Shown here: piece after piece, positions 13,848 to 27,039 of the stretch
How the letters are laid out: every line of letters begins with the position of its first letter
Numbering within the stretch: position 1 is the stretch's first letter
Made by a program: the position numbers and the translations under genes
The notes under the pieces: model-generated
Told to the model about the DNA's origin: nothing
The model's database searches: none
The model's input: the letters and a program-made list of their open reading frames with translations, nothing else
NCBI RefSeq assembly: GCF_006345805.1
Contig: NC_043000.1
Coordinates: 39,494,001 to 39,558,000 of the forward strand
Length of the DNA stretch: 64,000 bases
DNA from: Octopus sinensis
Taxonomy: Eukaryota
Direction of reading: 5' to 3'

Positions 13848-14340
13848 CACCACCAAATCTAGCCTTTTAGCTTTTATTACTCTGCCAGTCTAAATGTTAA
13901 AGTCCCACGACATCTTGTATTTCTTACTTTCTAATATTTTACTAGGTTCATATTCATACCATTTATCAATATGTTCAAATCCTACCATTCTACAAAGCCC
14001 TCAGTGTATTACTCTCTCTAGATTGTCATGTCTTTTCTTGTATTCTTTCTGTGCCAGCATGCTACATTCATTTCCTATGTGAGTAATGCTTTCCTATTTT
14101 TTGATTTGCATAACCTACATTGGAATCTACTTGGTTTTTATCCATTTTGGTTTTTATCCAATTAGTTCTTAATGCTTGAGCTTATGCAGCAACTAAAATA
14201 CTTACTGTCTCCCTCTTCAGCTTTCATTTCTTAAGCCATGACTATTTGCTGAAACTATCATTAGGAATCTACCCTGCAACACCTTCTCCTGACAGTCAGA
14301 TCATTTCTGTTCTTTTTTCTAGTTTTTAAGTTTGTTTGGT
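13470..14340 (-). mobile_element. Dong/R4-type (RLE) LINE 3' fragments
   Basis: EKIEKYQARAIELQRLWEERLKCILVVIGVLGTIPKDL is a typical RLE C-terminus. Confidence 0.7.
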
Positions 14341-14369
14341 GTTTTGTTTTCCCTATGTCTTAATTAAAG

Positions 14370-15330
14370 GAATTAAGAAAGCGGTTAACATCAGAGTTAT
14401 CATTAATTCATTTCGACCCAAACCTGAAAATAATTGTGGTATCGGATGTCAGTGAATACGGTATAGGAGCTGTGATATTGTATAAATTTAATGATGGTAA
14501 ATTCAAAGCTATTGCACATGCATCGAGAGTTCTATTACCAGCGGAAAGAAACTACAACCAGATTGAAAAAGAGGCGTTATCATTAATTTCCGCAGTAAAA
14601 TAATTCCATAAATTCTTACTTGGGAGGAAGTTTACACTGCAAACGGATCACCGACTGCTACTGTCTATTTTCAGTTCGAAAAAGGGTATCCCCACGCACT
14701 CAGCGAACCGCCAAATGGCTTGAAGTGTGCAAATGTTCAAGGCCTACCACAAGTGTGACAATTGACTTCTTGGAAGAAAAAATTTCTCTCGTTATGGGGT
14801 GCCAGATACGATCGCGTCAGATAATGGTACACAATTCACGGCGAAGGAGTTCGAAAGATTCTGTAAGTCGGTTCAAATGAAGCATATGTTAACTCCGCAT
14901 ACCATCCAAGGTCAAATGGATTAGCGGAAACATTCGTCGACACATTCAAGAGAGCTTTAAGAAAGACCAGACGGGAAACCCTTGAAGATACAAATATGAC
15001 AAAGTTTTTGCAGGTGTATAGAATAACACCGAATCCAAATGCAGAGTCGGGTAGGACACCCGCAGGTTTGATGTTTTGCAGAAAAATTTGTTCTATTTTT
15101 GATAAATTGTTGCCAAAACAGAAAATAGAAAATTCGGGAAGAAGAACGAAATTTTTTAACACGGGTGACGAAGTGTATTTTAAAATACATAGAAACAGGA
15201 CTGGGAACAAGGATATATAACTGGACGTCTGGGTAACGTGATGAACATGGTAAAAGGTCCAAAATATGAACACAGAAGGCATATAAACCAATTTAAAAAA
15301 AGATATACCAAAAACCTACTGAATTAAAGA
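14370..15330 (+). mobile_element. Gypsy LTR retrotransposon pol remnant (RNase H + integrase)
   Basis: HFDPNLKIIVVSDVSEYGIGAVI...AERNYNQIEKEAL...TDHR; SDNGTQFTAKEF; SNGLAETFVDTFKRAL. Confidence 0.85.
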
Positions 15331-15800
15331 AGGTGGCTCCTATACGAAAAAGATATTAAGATTCTGTGGGAGGTACATGTGTAAAACGGAGATTTGGTGT
15401 AAAAATAATAATAAAAATTTCAAATTTTTGCCACAATCGCAGCTTGGGGAAGGGATTAAGTCGGTTACATGGACACTAGTGCGTAACTGGTACATATTTA
15501 ATTGACCCTGAAAGGATGAAAGGCATGGTCGACCTCGGCGGCATTTGAACTCAGAACGTAGCAGCAGATGAAATACCTATTTCTTTACTACCTACAAGGG
15601 GCTAAACACAGAGGGGACAACAAGGACGGACCCACGGATTAAGTCGATTACATTGACCCCAGTGCGTAACTGGTACTTAATTTATCGCCCCGAAAGGATG
15701 AAGGCGGAATTTGAACTCGGAACGTAACGGCAGATGAAATACCGCTAGGCATTTCACCCAGCGTGCTAACGATTCTGCCAGTTTTCCACCTTATGTATTA

Positions 15801-15833
<33 letters not shown>

Positions 15834-16205
15834 TAACAATAATAATATTAATAATAATAATATATCCACTTCCAACGGGAGTCAATCTCAAAAAGGGGAG
15901 ATGTTATGGTGATAGATATTAACATTCCTGTGTGGTAAAAAATGTGAACTTGTGGAAGTCATATAAAAAGGAACGTGTCTCACAGAGAAAGAAAAAGAAG
16001 GCGCCGGAGTCTCGCGTCGCGTTTTGGTAGTCGGAGGCGACGTCTGTGAATACGTTGCTTTACCACATCTACTTTTTAATCATGTACTCGCAATGAAGGA
16101 TATAATACTAAGTGATCCTGCTGCTGATGATGATGAGGAGGGGGAGGATGAAGATGTAACAAGATGCAAACACCTTTCAAAAGAATTATGAAATTCGTCA
16201 CTTAC

Positions 16206-16365
16206 TTCCAAACTTCAACAACCGATCTTCCACGAATATTTTTCCAATAGTAAACCAGCAGGTCACGTTTCCACAAAGCCCCGGATAACTTAATATTCCG
16301 ATGTTGCTAAATGTTCTCCCATCAGGACATTTACTCAGACTTTCACGGGTAAATAGCAAAGGTTT
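16206..16365 (-). CDS. Host exon (160 bp, phase 0-1), Cys-containing second half of an Ig-like module
   Basis: ttttttAG|AAA CCT...GGA A|GTAAGT; KPLLFTRESLSKCPDGRTFSNIGILSYPGLCGNVTCWFTIGKIFVEDRLLKFG. Confidence 0.8.
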
Positions 16366-16525
16366 CTAAAAAAAAGTCAAAAGAAAAGAATGAATTACAT
16401 AGACTCAGGCGAGGCTGTGAGTGAAGAAGCTTGATTTGCAACCATATGCTTCCATGTTCAATCTCAGTGCGAGACATCCTGGACTAGAGTCTTCAAATAG
16501 TGACTAAGACTTAACAACGCCTAAG

Positions 16526-16579
<54 letters not shown>

Positions 16580-16582
<3 letters not shown>

Positions 16583-16990
16583 CTTAGGAGTGGGTGTGTG
16601 GTAAGTAGCTTGCTTACGAACCACATGGTTCCGGGTACAGTCCTACTGCGTGGCAACTTGGGCAAGTGTCTTCTACTATAGCCTCGGGCCGACCAAAGCC
16701 TTGTGAGTAGATTTGGTAGACGGAAACTGAAAGAAACCCGTCTTATTTATATATATATGCATATATATATATGTGTGTGTGTGCATGTGTTTGTGTGTCT
16801 GTGTTTGTCCACCCAACATCGCTTGACAACCGATGCTGGTGTGTTCACGTCCCCGTAACTTAGCGGGTTGGCAAAAAGAGACCGATGGAATAAGTACTAG
16901 GCTTTCAAAGAATAAGTCCTGGGGTCGATTTGCTCGACTAAAGGCTGTGCTCCATCATGGCAACAGTCAAATGACTGAAACAAATAAAAG
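16580..16990 (+). repeat. tRNA-derived SINE
   Basis: A-box/B-box-like head (TGGGTGTGTGG...GGTACAGTCC) plus conserved body; other copies at about 7325, 16405, 28270-28640(-), 40645, 51960-52120(-) and 55465-55580(-). Confidence 0.8.
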
Positions 16991-16992
16991 AG

Positions 16993-17033
<41 letters not shown>

Positions 17034-17296
17034 GTGTATATATTCGTATATATATATACATACATACATTTATATATATATATATATATACATATATATA
17101 TACATACAGATATATATATATATATGTATATATATATACATATATATGTATATATATATATATATGTATATATATAAATGTATGTATATATATAAATATA
17201 TGTATGTATATATATGTATATATATGGATATATATATATATGTATATATATACATAAATATATATATATACATATATATGTATATATATATATATG

Positions 17297-17339
<43 letters not shown>

Positions 17340-17420
17340 GTATATATATATTCTTACATATACATACATATATATATATATATACATATATATATACATA
17401 CAAATATATATATATATATA

Positions 17421-17594
17421 GGGGGGCAAAGGAAAGTGATTGCGTCTCTCATAGCCTCTCCTCTCCAGGTGTAATGATCGCTGCAGAACTTGGCTGCGCC
17501 TTGTGGAAAGGTCTTGCTTATGGCCTCTCCTGCACTACTGTGTCCACAGCAGCACCTTCACGCGGTACCCCCTGTTCTCACTGAGCCTGCTGTG
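17421..17594 (+). ncRNA. HDV/CPEB3-like self-cleaving ribozyme at the RTE 5' end
   Basis: P1 GGGGGGC(17421)/ACCCCCT(17567-73); P2 CACAGCAG(17545-52)/CTGCTGTG(17587-94); P3 ACC/GGT; L3 TTCACGC; J4/2 CTGA at 17581; P4 essentially absent. Confidence 0.75.
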
Positions 17595-18158
17595 TGGCGC
17601 GACCGGGTGCTTGGTGGCATAACCAGGTGGGCAGACTTGGCTCGTTAGCCTTGGTTGGCAGCCAGTCTAGGAGAAGGAAAACTCTGACTCCAAACCCTCG
17701 CTCCGCTGCCTTGCGGATGCTCTTGTGAGAGGGAAAGGCTATGGGAGTAAACCCAGACAGAAAATCCGGAGTGGAGCCCCGAAGGCGGTAGGGTGTCGAA
17801 TCTCGACCCCTTTCCGGCAACTCCTGCAGCCAACCAGACTCCAAACGTACTGCACAGCATTCCTTTGGATTATGTCTGGGGGGCCGAGAGGGAGATTCTG
17901 GTGTCTGGGCAGCCCAGCGTCTTCGTTTCTACCGCCCAGGCTTGCGCCATGGAGAAACTACTCCATCGATGGAACAAGCTGAGATGGCAGTTACGAGTTT
18001 TAAGCCAGGGTGAATTGGCGTAATCCCGGGCGCTACGGGCCGTCTCTAACGGTGGGAGGAATCATTGAAGTCCCACTGGTCAGCTACCGCCCGCCTTAAG
18101 CTGGGCAGCCCCCGGCCAATAATGGTGCTGACCCGCCACAGACTGCCCGCTTCAATGG

Positions 18159-21100
18159 GTGCTTGGAGCTAGGACAAAATCTGAAAAGCAGACTGAAAAC
18201 CCTGCACCAGCAAACAAAGGTAAAACAAATACCCAGTCACCAGTCTTGCGACTGGCCACCTGGAATGTCAGGACCATGTGCCCTGGCATCATTGACGATC
18301 TACAACAGATGAACGACAGTAGGAAGACAGCAGTCATCAACACCGAATTGAAAAGGCTGAACATTGATATAGCGGCGCTGCAAGAGACCAGGCTCGCCGC
18401 AGACGGCATGCTACGGGAGAAGGACTACACCTTCTACTGGCAGGGGAGACCCGTCGAGGAGGCCCGCCAGCATGGCGTGGGGTTTGCCGTGAGGAACAGC
18501 TTGCTCCCCATGGCGATCCCTCCTTCAAATGGCTCAGAGCGCATCCTCACTCTTAACCTTGCAACATCAACGGGGAAGGCAAACATAATTAGTGCTTATG
18601 CCCCAACACTCCACTCTCCTCAGGAAATAAAAGACCGGTTCTATGAGGAGCTCGACGCCACCATCAGCCAGATACCAGGGTCGGAGCCCATCTTCCTTCT
18701 GGGCGACTTCAACGCAAGGGTGGGATCCGATCATGGGGCATGGCCAGATTGCCTTGGACGCTTTGGCGTGGGAAAGGTGAATGAGAATGGCCAGAGACTG
18801 TTGGAGCTTTGCTCTTACCGGAAACTCTGCATTTCCAACACATTCTTCATGACTAAGCCGCATCACCAGGTCTCATGGAGGCACCCAAGGTCCGGACACT
18901 GGCACCAACTGGACATGGTCATCACCCGGCGAGCCCACCTCGGCAGTGTGCTTCTCACACTCAGCTACCATGGTGCTGACTGTGATACAGACCACTCTTT
19001 GGTGTGCAGCAGGGTCCGATTGGCCCCAAAGAAAATCAACCGTCCCGTAGGGAAAAGCCGCCCACGCATCAACACCGCCAGGACAACCAACCCCGACCTC
19101 CGCTCGGAATTCACCAACCGCATGGAGGAGGCCCTTAAAGATCACGCAGCCACGTCCATCGAGGAGAGATGGCAAATTATTCGCGACACCACTTGCAGAA
19201 TAGCCATGTCATCCCTAGGAAAGAGGGAGCGGAGAAATCAAGACTGGTTTGAAGCTCACCTGCCTGAGATGGAGCCTTTCATTGCTGCCAAGAGGGAAGC
19301 ACTGGTCAACTATAAGCGCGACCCATCAGAAAAGAACCTGGCTACACTGAGAACAGCCAGAAGCGACGCCCAGAGGACGGCCAGACGTTGCGCCAACATC
19401 TACTGGCAGAACTTATGCCAGAACATCCAGTGCTGTGCTGACAGTGGTAACGTGAAAGGGATGTACGAGGGGATGAAGAAAGCATTCGGGCCCACTGTCA
19501 GAAAGTTTGCTCCACTGAAGTCCAGAGATGGCGAGGTCATCAAGGACCAAGCGAAGCAGATGGAGAGGTGGGTCGAGCATTACCAGAACCTCTACTCCAC
19601 TGAGAATGTGGTCACCAGGTCTGCCCTCGCCGGCATTCCCGCTCTGCCTGTCATGGAGGAGCTTGACCTGCCTCCAACAAAGGAAGAACTGAGCAAAGCA
19701 ATTGACTCAATCGCTCGGGGCAAGGCACCAGGGCAAGACGGCATCCCCGCAGAAGTCATCCAGTGCGGGAAGCCAGCCCTTCTGGGCCATCTCCACGAGC
19801 TGCTTTGTCAGTGCTGGGAGGAGGGCTCTGTCCCTAAGGATATGCGTGACGCAAACATCATCACACTGTATAAAAACAAAGGGGACAGAAGCGACTGCAA
19901 TAATTACAGGGGCATATCGCTGCTCAGCACTGTCGGTAAGGCATTTGCCAGGGTGGTCCTGAAGAGGTTGCAAATACTTGCAGAGCGTGTGTACCCCGAG
20001 TCTCAGTCTGGCTTTAGGGCAGAGAGGTCTACAATCGACATGATCTTCTCACTCAGGCAGCTTCAAGAAAAGAGTCGAGAACAGAGACATCCCCTATACG
20101 TGGCCTTCATCGACCTGGCTAAGGCGTTCGACTCAGTCAGCAGGGAGGGGCTGTTTGCGCTCCTGGGTAGGATAGGTTGCCCTCCCAGACTGCTGAAACT
20201 CATCACCTCCTTTCACGACGGCATGCAGGGAACAGTGCAGTTTGACGGATCGCCCTCGGAGTCGTTCCCCATCCAGAGTGGAGTGAAACAGGGTTGCGTT
20301 CTGGCGCCGACGCTCTTCGGAATTTTCTTCTCCCTTGTCCTGTCCTATGCCTTCAGAACGTCCGACGACGGAGTGTTCCTCCACACCAGGGCTGATGGTG
20401 GATTGTTCAATCTTGCGCACCTCAGAGCTAAGACCAAAGTCTGTCAGGTGCTGATCAGAGAGATCCTCTTTGCTGACGATGCCGCCCTAACATCACACAA
20501 CCAGCCGGGTCTCCAGAGGCTGGTCAGCTCCCTGGCGGATGCCTGCCAAGAGTTCGGCCTTACCATCAGCCTGAAAAAGACAGAGATCATGGGCCAGAAC
20601 GTCGGAGGGGTCCCCAGCATCAGTGTCGGCGACCACAGCTTGCAGGTGATGAACGAGTTCACTTACCTGGGATCGACGGTCTCCAGCAGCCTGTCCCTCG
20701 AGCCGGAGCTGAACAGACGGATTGGGAAGGCTGCTGCTGCCATGGCTAAGCTCTCCAGGAGAGTGTGGGAAAACAACATGATCACAATAACCACCAAGAT
20801 CGCAGTGTACCGAGCCTGCGTGCTGAGCACCCTACTCTACGGCAGCGAGAGCTGGACAACATACACCCGGCAGGAATGCCGCCACAGCGGCTTCCACATG
20901 CGGTGTCTTCGACGGATCCTTGGCATCTCCTGGAAGGACCGAGTACCAAACGGAGTCATCCTAGAACAGACTAATATGCCAAGCATGCATGCCCTCCTTG
21001 TGCGGAGACGACTGCGCTGGCTCGGACACGTCTGCCGCATGTAGAACGGTCGCATGCCTAAAGACATCCTGTACAGCGAACTCACCACGGGATCCCGACC

Positions 21101-21410
21101 CAAGGGACGTCCACAGCTACGATACAGGGATGTGTGCAAGCGCGACCTGAGGACTGCCAACATCTGTGTGGACACGTGGGAGGAAACAGCTGCTGACCGC
21201 TCTGCCTGGCGTCGGACGGTGAGGAAAGGCGTTTCCATGGCTGAGGAAAGGAGAGCACAATTGTGGTTGGACAGGCGGGACAGGAGGAGGACAACTGCAG
21301 CAACACCCTACACGTACCCATCGATGTTCGTGTGCAGCAACTGTACCAAGGACTGCCACTCTAGAATTGGACTGTTCAGTCACAGCAGACGCTGCTCATC
21401 ATCAAAGTAG
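18159..21410 (+). CDS. RTE endonuclease/reverse transcriptase, interrupted by a single TAG at 21042-21044
   Basis: APE motifs (TWNVRT, LQETR, GDFNA, DTDH) and RT motifs (QSGFR, GVKQG, LFADD, YLGS). ORF 21054-21410 continues in the same frame to a terminal C2H2-like motif. Confidence 0.95.
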
Positions 21411-21986
21411 GCCCCACCCTTGGCGCAACCCATTGTCTATCAAGACAGACGGGGAAGAGAGATATATATATACATACATATACATGCATATACAATCACA
21501 CACACACAAATATGTATGCAAAAAGGGAGTGGCACAGAAAGAATGAGATAGAGAGAGAGTGAGAGAGAGTTAACTGACTCTCAACATGGAAAACACATTG
21601 TAGCACTCAAATGATTAAACTTTACGTCTGGATATTTTGCGGAGGACGAAATCATGAAGATACAGTTTGGCTATCAGGGGTATCCAAATCAGCAGATAAG
21701 ATAAACACGGTTCAGATACACAGACAGAATCGAGTTTTGGTGTTTATCTATCAACCCTTACCTATCCCTTACCTTCACCCTGATGAAGGAGGCTTTGGAT
21801 TTTACCAACGATTATTTTATTCCATTACTGGTTGTAGATTTTTGTTGGATACAATCTCCCAACGTTATGCAGTTACTCCGAGTATCCAGAGGGTTCTGTC
21901 AGAACTGTAGCACCATTTCCTCACTAATTCATTTTCTTTGTGTAATCCGAGTTTGTTTTAGCAGATATACATACATACAGACATAT

Positions 21987-22053
<67 letters not shown>

Positions 22054-22077
22054 TGTGTGTATATATATGTGTATATG

Positions 22078-22148
<71 letters not shown>

Positions 22149-22169
22149 ATATATTATATATATATATTT

Positions 22170-25100
22170 GAGTAATTGAATGATTATCTTATTAAGGATA
22201 ATTCGAAGGATAACCAATACCTGGGTAGCAAATTCACATCAGAAAGAACACGGTTGAAGCTACGTCGCTAGGGCATAGACTACGTGTCTTCGTGCGGAAA
22301 TTTTTATGTTTATTTTAAAATTATAAGTATATGAAAGAATGGAGTTGAACGACTAGTTAACAAATATCCTTATTCTCGACATATGTTTCGAAGGCTGCAT
22401 ATTCCTAATTCCGAAGAAATAAGGAGTACATTATGCAGATTTCTCTCAGGAAAATCAAGGAAACTTATGTCGACATCAAAATGCACAAAAAACCTTTAGC
22501 TGACCGCTCTCAATGAGCCCATGGCGATAATGAGTGTCTCTTTATAATGAGTGACGTCAGAGTGGCTGAATGTAGAAGAATCTAGAAGTTTCTAAAGGTT
22601 CAAGAGTTCAAACGAAGTAGGAGGAGGGAGGCATAAAAATAGTAAGGTGAGAGAGTGCAGGTCAAAAGAATGGTGGGTTTAAATGATTTCTTTTGTGAAT
22701 GAGTGCCTGTGTGTGTGACTGTATATCATCATCATCATCATCATCGTTTAGCGTCCGTTTTCCATGCTAGCATGGGTTGGACGGGTCAACTGGGGTCTGT
22801 GAAGCTGGAAGCTTCGTCAGGCCCAGTCAGATCTGGCAGTGTTTCTACGGCTGGATGCCCTTCCTAACGCCAAACACTCCGCGAGTGTAGTGGGTGTTTT
22901 TTACGTGCCACCTGCACAGGTGCCAGACAGAGCTGGCGAACGGCCACGAACGGATGGTGCTTTTACGTGTCACCGGCACGGGGCCAGGCGATGCTGGCAA
23001 CGGACACGAACGGATGGTGCTTTTACGTGTCACCGGCACGGGGGCCAGCCGAGGCTGGCAACGGACACGGACGGATGGTGCTTTTACGTGCCACCGACAC
23101 GGGCCAGACAGAGCTGGCAAACGGCCACGAACGGATAACTGTCTTAATGTGTGTATGTGTGTGTCTGAATGCGTGATTGTGTTTGTGGATTGGTAGAAGT
23201 CAGAAAACTGACAGCTGTGAGTTGGAAGGTCTGTATCTGGTGTTCGATTATGTTTACTGTAGGGAAAGGAAAGTAGATAGCGAAAGGGAGAAAGAATCGA
23301 GCGAGGTGAGAGGCAACGCAAGAATGGATAGTAGTAATTGGAATATAAGAAAATCTTTTTTGACTATTGGGGTGAAATATAGCAAAAAAAATTGGGGGAA
23401 TTCGAGGGGTTATCTATATTAGTCACTATTTATATGAATGAAAGGTGTGTTCTTTCCAGTGTAAGCACCTGTAGGATCTTTCGACGATTGTGTTTATTAA
23501 AGGGCCTTTGGCGAACAAAATATGAAAAAGTTCGGAATTACAGATGCCACAAAATTTTCTGCCTTTATCAAACGGGAAGGACACCGACAAAATGGACCAT
23601 TCGAGCTTGAACGTAGTGTTATTGTTCTTCAGACGCCAGACTAATTTGCTTAGCCCCGTGCTGTGTTGCTTTCTCTTCTCTGAAAGTGGAATAATGGTTG
23701 AAGACTCTTTGGGCTAATTTAGAAGAGGTTGCGCCAATATAGAAGTAGACATCGGTCCAGAAGAGATTTTGCATTGGTAAGTGGTGTTTCTAATTTTGGA
23801 ATTTTTGGATAAGAACTTTAATCTGTTGGGGTTGGTTTCCGATACTAAGACAGAGTTTTTATTGTTGTGATAGGGTAAAAATTGTTGCTGGTTTTGGCTA
23901 CGATACTATTCCTCTTATTATCATTACTATTAGTTATAATATCGTCGGCAAATTCCCTGGCTATAGGATTGCTGCGATTGTTATCATCAATAATATAACT
24001 GTTATTAGAATGCTGGTACTATTACCACTAACACCACCACTGTTAATAATCTGGCTAATGTTATTATCATTATTACTATTGCTAACGCTAATGCTGCTAT
24101 GAATGTTGCTAATATCCATACTACTTCTATTATTATTATTATTGTATGTTACGTGGAAGGGTAAGGGCGGTGTCGCTACTCATGGGTGGAGAGACCCATT
24201 TTAGCAGCTTATTATTGTGGGAAGCTATTATCTGCGAAAGATTTTTAGTATTTGAGAATGCTATTCTAACTTTATGCGAATTTATAGTGGAGTAGTATCT
24301 AGAATTCATAGGAAAATTCTTAGTAACGGCTTCACGGAATTGTAAAGGGAGATTAGACCTGATTTGTCTCCCGAAAGGAATCACAAACCAGATATAGTTT
24401 TTTTTGTTCTTGGAATGGCTGAGAGTGTTGACATTTACATTAAAGGGTATATTTCTGTGTTGTAGAATGGGTTTTGTTTACGCTGGTTTACCCTAGTCCG
24501 TAAGTATTATTGGTAAAAATATATTTGTGTCGACGTTTCTAGAGCTGAAATCACTATTTATGTTATTTATATTATTATTAGAAGTTATCTTATCTTGATG
24601 GGCAGATATTAGTTTAGGATGGGCCGGATCGATATATGATACCTTATCCCTATAACCGGCTTTTGACAAAGCGGCATTATAAAATTCTGCTTTCTGTTTA
24701 AAAATGTCGACATTTGCTGATAACTGAGATAGTCTTAAGGATATATTTTTAACCAAATTATCGGTGATAGTTTTTGCATGGTTACTGAAAATACTGACAT
24801 ATTTTAGGTTCGTAGACGGCTTATGGTAAGGGAAGTAAGAATTATTATGCAAATTTAGGGTAACATCTAAGAAATTGGCCTTAGTTAGTTCGTTGTCAAA
24901 AATTATGCTCATGCCCATCCTGCTGAAAAATCTAACTAATCTATTTTTAGTCTTCTGTATCCTACTGTTAGGGGCATTATGTAGGTAAAAAAGACAATCG
25001 TCTCGATACAGACCGCCGCATATGTCCGGGAATTAGTCGGCTAATTCATATAGAATATAGATTCCGACCAAATCGGCCACCTGGGCGCTATCTGAGCTTC

Positions 25101-25244
25101 CCATTGGCACATCGAACGCGTTGGGAGTATCCTTACGGACCCATAACTTTTCATTCAACAAAAGAGTAGACCAATCTACTACGGTTTCGTACTGAACTCG
25201 TAAGCATGTGAGTGGGCAGTAAGCTTCTACCACACACCCACGCT

Positions 25245-25245
<1 letters not shown>
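22170..25245 (-). mobile_element. Penelope-like element, 5'-truncated and degraded (RT + C-terminal GIY-YIG), interrupted by a SINE
   Basis: FDVPMGSSDSAQVADLVG, GGLYRDD and NFLDVTLNL...YHKP at about 24490-25170; VYFYIGATSSKLAQRVFNH...CGICNSE at about 23440-23760. Confidence 0.85.
22372..22455 (-). ncRNA. Type I hammerhead ribozyme in the PLE 3' region (core lacks N7)
   Basis: attttc CTGA-GA gaaatctgcata...tatgcagccttc GAAA catatg TC gagaat. Confidence 0.65.
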
Positions 25246-25276
<31 letters not shown>

Positions 25277-25291
25277 TTATATATGTATATG

Positions 25292-25348
<57 letters not shown>

Positions 25349-25696
25349 GTATGTATATATACTAGCATATACACCAGGCTCGAGATTAAAATAGCATAGA
25401 CTTTTATTATTCTACTGCTTTGTCATTTGACTGCGGCCATGCTGGTGCACCGACTTTAGTCGAATAATGCGATCACAGGATTTATTATTTCTAAACCTAG
25501 TGCGTATTCTATCAGTGTAGTTTGGCAAACCGCTATGTTACGGAGTCGTAAACACCGCAACAACGGTTGTCAAGGGACGGTGGGAAGCACGAACACAGAA
25601 ATACACCTACACACAAATATACTCATATATGCGACAGTGTAGTTTCCGTTCCTGCGTACGTAATCCATTCACAAGGATTTGGTCGGCTTGAGGCTA

Positions 25697-25740
<44 letters not shown>

Positions 25741-26055
25741 GTGAAACCATTAAAAGTGAAGCAAACATATAAAAGTTTAGCTATTTATAACTGTTACTCC
25801 GTCAATGGTTTCACTTTTATTCTTTGTGTATTGAGACGCAATAGGGAACCAGTGCCAATGCTGCATTGTTTCAATCCCCAAAAGTACATGGTAAAACTCC
25901 TGGTATTCCCATGTAAAATTTGATCTTATTTCGTCGAAACTTTTGAGAAGGCATTGGAAACAGTGATAGAAAAGATTTTATATATTTATGTTTATATATA
26001 TAATATATATATATATATATGTGTGTGTGTATATATATATATATGTGTGTGTGTG

Positions 26056-26106
<51 letters not shown>

Positions 26107-26112
<6 letters not shown>

Positions 26113-26901
26113 TGAGGGAGATAAATTAATATTAATTTTAATATCAATTTAAAACCAGTAGTCTAGCATACAAAAAATCTGAGAAATCAGAGAAAATTCT
26201 AATATATGTGTATATTGGCAGGGCAAGACTGCTAGGTAGTCGGCCGTATGCTAGAAATAGATCATCAACGATCAAACTACAAAGAAAGTTCTCTAGAGGA
26301 AAAATTCAGCGAACACCAGAACCAAATTTTGCGGGCAGGACAGATGAAAATTTATATAAAAAACAGAATTAATTGCATACCTCGGTTTCGGCCTTTAACA
26401 AAAGAATTACTTACATAATTCAAATGTCCGTGGCCTCATCAGTACAATCGTTCAGTGTAAATACAATTTGAAAAACTAACCCCAGCTTTCTGTGCCAAGA
26501 CAGAACGTGCTTAGTTTTACCGATTACATTAGGGATAAAATTTCAAATGTCTTAGTTCCGGCGCGCTAAAAAATTCCTGAAGCGAAGAACTGCAGTAAAT
26601 AATTCACTGCGGTTAGTGCTTGCTACTAGAGAACGTATTTATTTCAGTATTTAAATAATGAGGGAGATAAATTAATATTAATTTTAATATCAATTTAAAA
26701 CCAGTAGTCCAGCACACAAAAATCTGAGGAGTCAGAGAAAATTCTAATATATGTGTATATTGGCAGGGCAAGACTGCTAGGTAGTCGGCGTATGCTAGAA
26801 ATAGATCATCAACGATTTAACTACAAAGAAAGTTCTCTAGAGGAGATCATTGATGATCTATTTCTAGCATACGGCCGACTACCTAGCAGTCTTGCCCTGC
26901 A

Positions 26902-26905
<4 letters not shown>
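26107..26905 (-). mobile_element. Non-autonomous PLE/retrozyme-like module: 546-bp-period direct repeat plus terminal inversion
   Basis: 26107-26300 is repeated at 26653-26845; 26845-26905 inverts about 26755-26815; HHR inside; (TA)n flanks. Confidence 0.75.
26372..26448 (-). ncRNA. Type I hammerhead ribozyme
   Basis: attgta CTGATGA ggcc...ggcc GAAA cc ga gg TA tgcaat; full core and all three stems present. Confidence 0.85.
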
Positions 26906-26939
<34 letters not shown>

Positions 26940-26954
26940 ATTAATATATATATA

Positions 26955-27039
<85 letters not shown>

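Larger units (their letters stand above)
17421..21461 (+). mobile_element. Full-length RTE-clade LINE inserted in a (TA)n tract
   Basis: GC-rich block with sharp ends. The 5' UTR has the RTE-type motif GTCTAGGAGAAGGAAAACTCTGA, followed by one APE-RT ORF and a short 3' UTR. Confidence 0.95.

Noticed and set aside
16833-17584. Many YIYI/CVCV/poly-I/poly-N ORFs here and throughout the window
   Set aside because: They are translations of (TA)n, (TG)n and (TAA)n microsatellites.
22926-23135. ~46-bp repeats resembling a CRISPR array
   Set aside because: No unique spacers, no cas genes, eukaryotic context; they are internal tandem repeats of a SINE.
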